Assembly (NCBI RefSeq): GCF_004010195.1
Contig: NC_057720.1
Location: 25,583,007 to 25,647,006 of the forward strand
Origin: Chiloscyllium plagiosum
Taxonomy: Eukaryota
Direction of reading: 5' to 3'
DNA: 64,000 nt
The first letter of the stretch is position 1. The number at the start of each line of letters is the position of its first letter. The translations under genes were made by a program, and so were the position numbers. Below the pieces are notes generated by a model. It was not told where the DNA came from, did no database searches, and saw only the letters and a list, made by a program, of their open reading frames with translations. Positions 50,085-61,853 of the stretch are shown here, in pieces.

Positions 50085-52540
50085 TGAAATGGTTATAACC
50101 AGCCTGAGGGTTGTGTATTAGAGGAGTACCAATCAGACATTCTGGCATCTTGACTGCCTGAGTATGTGCACTCTATATCTCCTGACATGGCAACAGTGAA
50201 TTGTGTTGGTGCGATCCTATTGGATGATTCGAAAGCAGCTCATGGCACCATTGGCCAAAGGCTGCAGAATATTCTGGAAGGACCAGTGCATGTATGGAAT
50301 AAAAACACAAACAGCTGGAATCCAGCCTCTTCGAGAAGACTCAGAAAACACTCAAGGGGAATATTCCCTGCAAAACTCATGGTAAAAGTCTGTGAGCAAA
50401 TATATCCCCCTTCCTCTTGTTTTCCACTGTGCTCTGTAGCCAACAGCTTCTGTGCGCAAACCCAAGAAGACCTAAGAGTAGATTTAGGCTTACTTGTGGG
50501 ACCCACCTTCATTGAAGACAGCCATCCTTATGCCAAAAAGGAAGGAGATTACAGCAGCCCAGCTTAAAGATGTGCTAATATCCATTCTCATACGTACAGA
50601 ACTAGATAAAAAGAAATGCTGTGAGACTTTGGAAAATGCTTAATTTAATAAAAATAAGGGATTTTCTGTCAATAAAATTGAGTTGAATCAGAAACCAAAT
50701 TCTGTGTCCTTTTGGCCAAATCACCAACAAGAGTGGTGGTGGAGTGTTGAAAGCAGGACAACAGTGCTGCAAAGACAGTCCCATAGATAAAGTTTTAACC
50801 TCTTCAGTGGCTATTGAATTGAGTAGACAAATAATCATATATTCAGGAACCACATCAAAGACAGGCTATGTTATTACAAGCTTTTCAAACCAAACATGCT
50901 TCATAACTTTTGAAAAGCAGCCAAGCATTCATCATGGTCACATGAATTAAAGCATTACCTGTTAGCTCCTCTGAAACTAAAAGAAATTGTGTTACATTTC
51001 CATTTCAAAGCAGATTACCTGTTAATCTGTGGAGTAGAGTGTATGGATTTTCACTATCGGCAGAAAGGCCTTGATCTCAAGGTTAAAAGGCATCTGCACA
51101 TTTAAATAACAGTTGAAGGCAACTGTTTCCCATCACTGTTTCTGACTATTTTAAAGTTGCCAAGGTACTTTATCGGGAAAAAAAAACAGCAATGCATCTC
51201 AATACTTTCACAATGCTGTTGAAAGTAATGGTGAACTTAACATTGCATAATAGAATACTACGATCAATTATGTAATTACAAAAAAAAAACACCATTCCAA
51301 AGTAATATTTTTTGAAATTTCTGGAAGGTTTAACACTTACCAGCCAGAATGTTTACAGTTGTTCAGCAGACTTCCCCAAGTAGTCAGGTACTCTCCAAAG
51401 TAGTGATTTTCTAGTCTTTCAAACTCCGCACTAGCAGATGAAAATAGCATAGGGAAGGACATTCAGATCTGCTATCGTTCTCATAATGATGACTCTGAAC
51501 TCAAAGGAGGTATATTTATAATTGACACCCAAGGCTTTCACAACCCATGAAAACACCACACAAAAGTAGCGCAGGGTCAGGAAGGCAGGGGATTCTTGAT
51601 GTTGCAGTTAAAACAAAAATCACACCTTTAGTTTTCTTCAGACAGTAATCTAGCCCAAGGTTGTAGTTTCTTCCAATAAAGTCAGCGTGATATGAAAAAT
51701 CCAAATAACCCTTTCGGTGTAAGGTACAATATTTCTTAACTTAAATGTACTCATTTAATAAACAGAAAAAATGCAGTTGAAATGTAATCCCTCCTTCTGT
51801 AATTTATTTGCTTTAGGTAACTGTTTGAAATCCATGGTATTGGGTATTGATTGTGTTTCCATTGCCTTCCCCCATGCAAGCCATTCTTGTTACCAAAATA
51901 CACATTTACTGACATTAAATTCCATTTATTGCCAATTATACCATTTTACCAATTATCTCCTTCCAACTCCTTTGTGTCCCTGAATTATTTACCAGGCCTC
52001 AACTTTTAGTGTTGCCCAAAGATTTCTCAAGCCCTGTACCCAACCCATTTTTGAAAAAAATATAAACTCGTGGCCAGGTAAATAACTAAAATCAGTGAAA
52101 GAAAGAAATTGTGTTAGGATGAAGGCAATGTTGATAATACAAATATTGTTAGAGTCCAGCTTAACAAGGACAAATCTTTCTTATATGACAGCATTCAGGT
52201 ATAGAGTGCATAGTTTAGGCCATTGCATTGGTTCCTAAGTCAATCTCCTCAAGATATCAGTTTATTGCTAGTGGCCCTTCATTACACCCCCTCTCAGGCA
52301 AGTATGTCCTTTCTCAAGTAAGGACATCAAAACCGCTCAAAGTACAAACTCTACTGATCTGTCAAACATGATTTCCCTTTCATATATTTATGCTGATTCT
52401 GTTTAATCACATCATGATTTTCTAAGAACCCAGCTACCACATCTCTCATAATAGACTATCTCCTTCCAATGTTAGGCTAACTGATTAACATAACAAAAAC
52501 AAAACAAAATAGAAATAGGGCCACTGAGCAATACATGACT

Positions 52541-52612
52541 TTCCTGCTTCTCAGAAGCCATCTGACCTGCTGCGCTTTTCAAGCTTCACATCTATTGACT
52601 CTGACTTCCAGC
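52541..52612 (+). mobile_element. PLE terminal-repeat family A-like fragment, diverged
   Basis: CTGACCTGCTGCGCTTTTC..GACTCTGACTTCCAGCATCTGCAGTCC. Confidence 0.7.
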
Positions 52613-53184
52613 ATCTGCAGTCCTTACTGTCTGAAAGAGAAGGTTAGTGGGTGAAGGTATAGAGTCACAGGTGAGTGTGTGAAAGGGGAGGTTGCCAGGT
52701 GGAAAAGTGGGCAGGTATCGAGGAACTAGGTTAGTAAGAGGGAAGGGTAGCTATGTTGGGGGAAATGGGTGATATTATCAGGTGTTGAATATGGATCCGG
52801 GGATCAGGTATGCATGGAGGTGTGGGGGTTGGTCAGGTATTCGGGAGATTAGTTTCATTGACTGAGAGGTTGGTGTGAATAATTAACAGGTCAGTTTTAT
52901 AATTATCCTGAAGTTAGAGCAGATTTTTCATTCCTTTAATATTAATAATGTTTACTTTACCCCAGTTAGTAAGTCAGAATCCTTCAAAGTCTCCAGCTCT
53001 ACCTCAGATTTAAGGACTTTTACGGAGGTTGCCAGGAGCTGAATGATTGCTGATTGAAATTCAAACTTGCCAGGCAATGCATTGGGACTTTGTGGGGTCC
53101 CAATGTGTAGCTTTCAGAGTACGTCCAGTCTCTGACTATCCAGAGAACAGAGGATCCTCAGAGTGCAATGGTAGAAATATTTCT

Positions 53185-53345
53185 TTTTATTTGTTAATGG
53201 GACGTGGGTGACATTGGCTAGGCTAGTATTTATTGCCCATCCCTAAATGTCCAGATGAGCTTTTAAGAGTCAACTATATTACTGTGGGTCTGGTGTCACA
53301 CATATCCCAGACTAGATAAGAACTGCAGATTTCCTTCCCTGAAAG
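53185..53345 (-). mobile_element. tRNA-derived SINE 3' half
   Basis: ATTTATTGCCCATCCCTAA..TTAAGAGTCAAC..GCAGATTTCCTTCCCT. Confidence 0.7.
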
Positions 53346-54229
53346 GTATGAGATAATTGCTTAGTCTTTGTATTTGCCAAAGAAGCTAATGCGATGGATA
53401 ATAGAAGATGGCATATTCAGTCGAATGGCCTTTTTCTGCTCCGTAAGATTCTAAGATTCTCTAATACATTAGGTAGTAAACTAGAAGTACAATTATATAT
53501 AAATGATGCTTTTACTCTGGAACTTATGAACATTGTGTAGTTTTTGCACATACTGAGTATGGACAATGCAGGTGCAGATGAATTCATCTCCCGAGCACTG
53601 CAAGTGACCAATGCGTCCTATGGCTGACAGATAAAAGTTTCAGAAAATGCCAAATAAAAGGACTGGGAAAGCTGGAGATACTGCTGCTTAAGGAAAGTAG
53701 ACAATTACCTTTAGTGTGTGAGATGGATACAAGGCTAATTGCTTAAAAGGGTCCATCTGCTGTCAGAATATTACTGAGGACTGTGTTAAATATATTAGCT
53801 GCAGGCATCAAACGATCCATATGGCTAACAGACCCCTGTCACAGGCATCATTAAGCAAACCTCGTGACTAACAGATTTCTGTCTGTTCTCTTGTAAGATT
53901 CACTGATCTATATATCTGCAGAAGAGAGATATCTTCAGTCAGAATCCACATGTCTAGGGCATGGCATTGGTAAATGTAAATTGGAAATGGAGGAAGCTGT
54001 TTATTTGAAGTTTACCAAGTTTTCTTACCTCGAGTTCAAATGAACACTTTGAGTTATATCTCGGAGGAGAAATCCACAGACAAGTCAGCTATCTTGGCTC
54101 AATGTGTACAGCGAATTTTAAAATATATATATTCAGTCATGGGCTGTGGATGGTTCTGGCTATGTCAGCCTTTATAGCCAATTCTTAAGTGGCTAGACAG
54201 CAGGTAAGAGTCAACAAAATTGCTGTGGG

Positions 54230-57030
54230 TAGGAACAAAGAACCACAAGTAGACCATTCCATCAATCGAGACTGGTCCATATTTATTATGATCATGGCTG
54301 ATTGAATATGCTAATGTCTATTATCCATATTATCCCCAAAACCCTTTATTCCATTTGTAATCAGAAATCTATTGATCTCTACTTTAAATGTACTCAAAGA
54401 CTTGGATAAGTACATGAATAGGAAAGATTAGGACGGATGTGGGCCAGGGGCAGGCAGGTGGGACTAGTTTAGTTTGGAATTATATTTGGCATGGGCTAGT
54501 TGGACCAGAGAGTCTGTTTCTGTGCTGTATGACTTTATGATTATGACTCTATGAATGAGTTTCCACAGCCTTCCCTGGTAGAAAATTCCAAACATTCACA
54601 ACGTTCTGAGTGAAAAAAAAAACTTCATCTTAGTCCCTAATGGCATCCCCCTTATTTTTTATCAAAACAGAAATTGGTGGAGTAACTCAACAGGTTCTGG
54701 TAATACCTGTGGAGAGAAAGCAGAGTTAACATTTGGGTCCAGTGACTCTTCTTCAGAACTGATGGTAGCGAAAAAAATGTGGTATCTATGCTAAAGATGG
54801 GGGTGGGTAAAGGAGTGAGTGATAGGTGGAGACAGAGCTCAGCGGGAGAGAAATACAGTTAGGCAGACAAAGGGATAGATAATGGTGAGCTCGGAAGGAG
54901 AAGTGCTGATAATGGGATAATAAGTGGTTGAAAATGGGTTGGCTGTGTTGACAACAGCCTATGTGATGACAAGTCTGGTGTGCGGTAAAGGGCGTGGAAT
55001 TGTTGAACTTGATATTGAATCCTGTAGACTTCAAGTTCCCGAAGAAGAAAATGAGATGCTGTTCTTCCAGCTTGAGCTGAGCTTCACTGGAACACTACAA
55101 CAAGCCTGAGACAGAGATGTTGGCCAGGGAACAAGATAGTATTTAGAAGTGGCAGGTAACTGGAAGCTGGAGGTCATTTTTATGGATGGTAGGTGTACCA
55201 CAAAGCAGTCACCCACTCTGCCTTTCACCTCCTCTGTGTATAGAAGACGACATTGTGATCAGCGAATTGTGAGTAGATTAGATTGAGTGAAGTGCAGGTA
55301 AAGCGCTGCATCACCTGGAAGGTGTGTATGGGGCCTAGGTTACTGAGGATGGAGGAAGTAAGTGGGCAGATGTTACATCTTCTGTGATGGTATGGGAAAG
55401 TTCCATGGGGCTGTGGAGAGGAATTGGGAATGCAGGAGGAGTCAACAAAGTGTCCTGGAAGGAATGGTCCTTGTGGAAGGCTGAGAAGGGAGGAGAAGGG
55501 AATATGTGTTTGGTGGTGGCATCCTGCCAGAAATGGCAGCTTATGATCCTTTGGATGCAGATGCTGATGGGATGGTAAGTGAGGAACAGGGGGACCCTGT
55601 CGCTGTGTGGGAGGGAAGAGAAGAAATGAGGGCAGAAGTGCAGAAGATGGGCCAGACTAGACTGAGGGCTCTGTCAACTACAGTGCTGGGGAATCCTTAG
55701 TTGAGGAGAAAGGTGAACATTCTGAGGCCCTCTGCAGAAGGTAGCTCAATTGGAATAGATGCAACAGAAATAGAGAAAATAAGAGAAAAAAATAGAGCCT
55801 TTACAGGAAGCAGGATGTGAGGATGCACAGTCTGTGGGAGTCGGTGGGTTTGTGTGGATATCAGTGACCAGCATAACGCCAGAAGTGGAAACAGAAATGT
55901 CAAGAAAGACAAGGGAGGAGTGGAGATGGACTAGCTGAAGGTGACAACAGGGTAGAAAGTGGAAGTGAAGTTAATAATAATTTCCAATTCCAAATGACAG
56001 GGAAGCAGCACCAATTATGTCATCAATATATTTGGAAAAGAGTAATGGTGAGTAGCATCTGAATTAGACTGGAATAAAGATCTATGTACACACCAAAGAG
56101 ATAGTCAAACCAATGAAACATCCCCTGGCCATATATTTGATCCTTATTTTTAAATTGTACACCCTGGTTCTAGAATCTGCAGTCAGTGGAGACATCTTAC
56201 CTGCATCAGTCCTGTCTATCCCTTCAACTATTTTGTATATCTTTAATGATATTACTTCTCATTTTTCAATTAGCTAGAGAATACAGGCTCAGCTTGCCCG
56301 ATCTCCCTTCATAGGACAGTCCCACCAACCTAGGAATAAGTCTGGTGAATCTTTAATGGATTCCCTTATCCGAAGTTGCCCAGAGTACTCCACGTATGGT
56401 CTAACCAAGTTTCTATGCAGATGAAACAAGACTCCTAGCAAATCCTTTTGTGATGAAGGTTAGCATTCTATTAGCCTTCCAATAGCTTGCTGCACTGACA
56501 TGCTTATTCTTTCGTTGCTTATTGACAAGGACACCTAAGTTCCTTTGAATGTTTACACTTTCCAACTTCTTACCAATTAAATATCATTTTGCACATTTTT
56601 TCTGCCTACAAAAATGGATAAGCTCACATTTTTACACATTAAGCAAAACATGGCATATGGAATATAATGATTAAACCTGTCAAAATCCTCCTGAAGTTGC
56701 TTTATATCTTCCTCGCAACACATATTCTCGCTATGCATTGTTTGCAAATTTGAAAATATTACATTTTGCCTCCACATCTAAATCATTGATATATATTATG
56801 AACAGTTGTGTCCCAAGCATTAATCCTTGTTTTACCTGCCAATGTGAGAATAATGCGTTTATTCCAACTCTCTGTTTTCTGCTCGTTGGACTATTATTAA
56901 TATATGCCCATAATTATCTTCTATCCCACGTGCTTATATTTTGCTAATATGCCTCTTGTGGGGTCCTTATCAAAATCCTTCTGAAAATCCAAGGATATCA
57001 TGTCCATCAATTCCCCCTTATCAATTTTTA
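54230..57030 (-). mobile_element. Old CR1 LINE split by a PLE and a CR1 tail (54398-54553, +)
   Basis: 3' end at 54230-54660 resumes at 56142; RT fragments such as CEEDIKQLQEDFDR. Confidence 0.7.
54662..56141 (-). mobile_element. PLE (family B terminus), degenerate RT C-terminus plus GIY-YIG
   Basis: Colinear with 59371-60760; terminal hammerhead remnant AGTT CTGAAGA A GAGTC ACTG GACCC AAATG TT AACT (54724-54760); flanks CCTTATTTTT at 54650-54659 and 56142-56151. Confidence 0.82.
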
Positions 57031-59370
57031 ATTATAGAAATAAACACAGTTAACTACTGGGCCATTATCTGTGTCTGTTCATAGTCTATGATATTTGTAA
57101 ATGGCTAAGATTCTTGTATTTTTGCTTTGTCTTGAAGGTCTGTGAATTGATTCATATAAGAATCTATTTTGCTGCCCTTGAATTTGATAAAGTTTGAATT
57201 TAATTTATTTTGATTAAGTTAGAAAGACATTTTTATCTTCATTGTGAACCAGCTTGATGAGTGATCCAAATTCCTAACAATTTTGTGTTCCCTATTGTTC
57301 TACTTTGCAACCAAAAACTAATTTAATACTCCGAGGATTCTCTGAGTAAAAGATTTTTCTCAGAGATGTGAGAAACAATATATGAGAATTAATGCACCTT
57401 GGAACTTTTGTTTTCGAACAAATACTGTAAATAATGAAAGAGTGTTGTCTATTTTAATCTGCTCAATTTGCCCTTGCTTTTGCTTAATGGTATTTAAGAA
57501 ACTTGTGTTTCTTTCTGACAGCGTGATACTGGCCGGACATTTACCGCCAATGGGGAGGTGACGACATGTGGTAAAGTCACTAGATTAACAAATCCAGAAG
57601 GTCTGGCTACAGCTGCAGGAACTTGGATTCAAATCCCATAGGAAAAGTTGGTTTCAATTCAAATTAAAAATCAAATAATAAAATCTGGAATTCAAATCTA
57701 GAGTAAAATCTTCCCAGCCCCTGAATGTTGTGGGTCATGATGAGTCAGTTCAGAAGATATGGTGAGATTAAATAATGAAGATTCTTGCTGGTAAGAAAAA
57801 AAGTCTGACTTTCCACTAAAGTTTTAGTGGCAAGCTGAGAATCGCAGGAGTATGTGGTAAGAAGCCGATTTGTGTGCATTGTTATCTCATTATGATCTAA
57901 TCTTGCCTCATTTATATGTAGTTTTATGTGGTAAAATGTCCCAGCATGAAAGTCTGAGTGGATTGCCGATAACTCCAGTTCTTCTAAACCTCCATCTTGT
58001 CCAGACTTCTCCAACAGCTCAGGCCACATTCCATGGTCAGTGACTGCCTGGAATCTTCATCCTAGGACGTTGGCATCAGACATGCACCAATCTCACCATA
58101 TCTGACTCGCTTGTATTAAAGTGGGACATAAGCCAAATGCAGGCAAGTGGATCTAGTTTTGTTTAGGAAACTTGGCTGGCATGGATGAGTTGGACCAAAG
58201 GGTTTGTTTCCGTGCTGCACAACTCTCTGACTCTAATGCACCATTCATTATGACACTTTGCACTTCACTAATGCCTTATGTTTCAATGTACTTTGTGCAC
58301 AGCTCTGGGACGCATCTTCTACATCAGATCAGGGCGCATCTCAGGGGTTGTAGCTTTCTCTACCCAGCACTCACTCACTTTGTGGCTACTGGAATGCTCA
58401 CAGCGTCTCTGCCTTGCCTTGTCTTTTTGAACATTGACATCTCATTCAAAGCAGACTCACAGTACTTCTGTCTTGCCTTCCCTTTTCATGCAGGCACAAA
58501 GCCCTGTCATGTATTTCCGCAATGATCAGTGAAAGGGGTGGACATCTTGCTGTATGGCACTGTGGGCCATCAATTTTCACTAGTACAGTGAGCCAGCAGT
58601 TTATGTGGCAAAAATAGACTGCATGTCTTTCAACCAAATGACTAGATTTGCAAGTTTAAGGAGTGATTCTCCATCAAATTCACACTGTGTTGATAATACA
58701 AGACAGAAAGGAACATAACGGTTTGAGTGGGGTCACCTAGATTGAGAGGCTGAGCCTGCGATTCACTCACTCCATGAAGCTCGTTTCATCCTGATTAAAA
58801 TCTCAAAGGCACAATGAAAATTAAAAATGGCTGCCACTATTTTCAAAGCAGATGGAATAAGTTATTTTTATCTGAGGAATGGGGCTCAATTTGTGAGCAA
58901 TGTGAGGGTCTTTAGGTGAAATAGCATTAAACAGACACTCATATCCAAAAACATTAGGCTGTGAACTGAATGCATTTGTGTGAACCTTGAATAAAAGTCC
59001 TGACCACAAGCAATCTTGATTAACTCATTCAATATTGCAACTCAATCCAATATCAACCGTGAAGTGCAAGTAACTTCAAGCAAGCCAGAAGGTTTCACCT
59101 AAGTCGCACAATTCACAACCATATTCCAAGATCTTGTAGCCTACATACAATCCAAGAACTGTTCTCTTCACACTTTGGACTATGAAATGTCCACGCAATT
59201 TGGGTGTTGTGGGTATTAGGGTTGTTGAGGAGAGGTCATCACTCTTGGTACTTTACTTATGGTCTCCTACTGTATATCGGTGATTTGTGCAGCATACATC
59301 TGAATCTGGTCTATGTACAAGTGTCCAATTGCCTGCCTTATAAGAGACCATCATGTGCCAATGACTATGA

Positions 59371-61621
59371 GGAGAAAGGGAGTTGAAAAGGTTGGCACAG
59401 CATGTCAGGCAGCAGCCGAGGAGCAGGAGAGTTGAAGTTTCGGGCATAAGCCCTTCATTAGGAATCTGGAGGGAGGGTGGAGCGGATACGTGGGAATAAA
59501 GATGGACAGGTAGGACAGTTCAAGAGGACGGTGCCAAGTTGGAGGGTTGGATTTGGGATGAGGTGACAGAGGGGAGATTTGGAAATGAGGAAAACCAATG
59601 TTGATGCCATATAGTTGCAGGATCCCAAGATGGAAGATGAGGCGTTCCTCCTCCAGTTGGTGGGTGACTTTGACTTGGCGGTGGAGGAGGCCCAGGACTT
59701 GCATGTCCTCAGGGGAGTGGGAAGAGGGGTTGAAGTGGTCACAGGATGGCGGGGTTGTTTGGTGCGTGCGTCCTAGAGATGTACCCTGAAACGTTCTGCG
59801 AGTTGGCATCCTGTCTCCACAATGTAGGGGAGACCACATTGAGAGCAATAGATACAGTAGATGATGTTGGTAGATGTGCAGGAAAATCTCTGCCAGATGT
59901 GAAAATATCCTTTTGGGAGTTGGATGGAGGTTAAGGGGGATTTTTGAGCGCAGGTTTGCACCTTTTGCAGATACAAGGGAAGATGCTGGGTGTGGAGGAT
60001 CGGTTGGTGAGGGGCATGGACCTAACAAGGGACTCACAGAGGGTGTGGTCTCTGCAGAACTTAGATAAGGGTAGCGAGAGAAATATATCTTTGGTAGTGG
60101 GGTCTGACTGTAGGTGGCAGACATGGTGGAGGATAATGCTCTGTATCCAGAGATTCATGGAGTAGAAGGTGAGGACTGGGGTGGGGTTTCCATCCTTGTT
60201 GGGGTTGGAGAGGTGGCATTCGAGGATGATGGTGCAGGAAGTGGAAGAGATGTGCTGGAGGGCATTGTTGACCAGGTGGGAGGGGAAATTGCAGTCCCCA
60301 AAATAGGAGGGCATCTGGAATGGAATGGAGTGAGGTTGCTCCTCCTAGGAGCAGATATGGCAGAGGCGGAGGTGGACGCAGAGGAATTGCATCTAAGTGA
60401 TCATGATTTTACAGAAGGAGTGTAGGAGGAGATGTAGTCAAGGTAGATGTGGGAGTCAGTTGGTTTGAAATAGATGTCCGTGTTGAGTCGGTTGCCAGAG
60501 ATGGAGATGGAGATGTCCAGGAAGGGGAGGGGGATGTCAAAGATAGTCCATGTGAATTTCTGGTCAGGGTGGAAGGCATTGGTGAAGCTGATGAACTGCT
60601 CAACCTCCTTGTGGGAGCACGAGGCAACACAGGTCATAGAAAAAATGGAGGAAAAGGTGGGGGATGGTGCCAGTGTAACTGCGGAAAATTGACTGTTCCA
60701 CATATTCTTCTAAGAGGTAGGCATAGCTGGGACCCTTATGGGTGCCCATGACTACCCCTTTGGTCTGGAGGAAGTGGAAGGATTTGAAGGAGAAGTTATT
60801 GAGGGTGAGGACCAATTCAGCCAATTGAATGCGTATGCCAGTGGAGGGGTACTGGTTGAGTTGGCAGGAGAGGACGCTACGGAGGGTTTACAGGCCTTCA
60901 CCATGGGGGATGGGCATGTATAGGGACTGGATGCCCATTGGTGAAAATGAGGCATTGGGGGCCAGGGAAATGAAAGTCATGGAGGAGATAGAAGGCGTAG
61001 GTGGTGTCCTGAATGTATGTGGGGATATCCTTGATCAAGGGGGACAGGATGGAGTTGAGATATGAGGAAATAGGTTTGGTGGGGCAGGAGGAGGCACAGT
61101 CAATGGATCGAGTGGGGCAGTCAGATTTGTGGGTTTTGTAAAAGAAGTGGAACCAGGCAGTGTGGGGTTGTGGAGCCATGAGATTGGAGACTGTGGGTAG
61201 GAGATCCCCTGAGGTAAGGAGTTATTGATGGTCTGGTAGATGATGGTTTGGTGATGGGAGGTGATGTCGTGGTCGAGGGGGTAGTAGGAGGAGGTGTCAG
61301 CTAGTTGGCATCTGGCTTTGGTGAGGTAGATGCCAGTACGCCAAACTACCACTGCACCCCGCTTGTCTGCTGGTTTGATGATGAGGTTTCGGTTGGAGCA
61401 GAGGGAGTGGAGAGCTGCGTTTTGCGAGGGTGAGAGGTTGGAATGGGTGAGAGGGGTGGACAGGTTGAGGTAGTCAATGTCGCAACGGCAGTTAGAGATG
61501 AAGAGGTTGAAAGTTGATAAGAGGCCCGCACACAGGGTGCACAAGAGAATGGAGTATGTTGGAGGCAGGGTAAGGGGTCTTCAGAGGGTGGGTGGGAATC
61601 ACAGAGGCGGAGGCAGCGACG
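59371..61621 (-). mobile_element. Penelope-like element (probably Neptune-like), 5'-truncated RT plus GIY-YIG pseudogene with family A terminus
   Basis: NLIIKPADKRGAVVVW, FYKTHK..P.R.I, LNNFSF..QTKGVVMGT..GPSYA, LPFLDISI..TDIYFKPTDSH.YLDY, FSCTSTNIIYCIYCSQCGLPYIVETG..LAERFRVH, LEEERLIFHLG..GINI; many frameshifts. Confidence 0.95.
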
Positions 61622-61641
61622 TAACTGCCACAGAAGCTGCT

Positions 61642-61853
61642 GGGAGAAAGTGCGCACAGCGATGCCGGAGATCAGAGTCGAGAGTGTGGTGCTGGAAAAG
61701 CACAGCCAGTCAGGCAGCATTCGAGAAGCAGGAAAATCAATGTTTCAGGCATATGCCCTTCATCAAACCATTTCTAATGAAGGATTTACACCCGAAACGT
61801 CAATTCACCTGCTCCTTGGATGCTGCCTGACTGGTGGTGTTTTTCCAGCGCCA
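61642..61853. mobile_element. PLE terminal-repeat family A, fold-back pair
   Basis: Inverted arms around 61765-61773; perfect 13-bp TSD CACAGAAGCTGCT (61629-61641, 61854-61866); hammerhead CTAATGA..CCCGAAACGTC with a G5-to-A change. Confidence 0.88.

Noticed and set aside
50166..50567. 133-aa ORF
   Set aside because: GTG start, no recognisable motif; probably non-coding or LTR-like sequence.
59405..60124. 239-aa ORF, the longest in the track, as a host gene
   Set aside because: It is a frameshift mosaic of the PLE linker, GIY-YIG C-terminus and terminal repeat.
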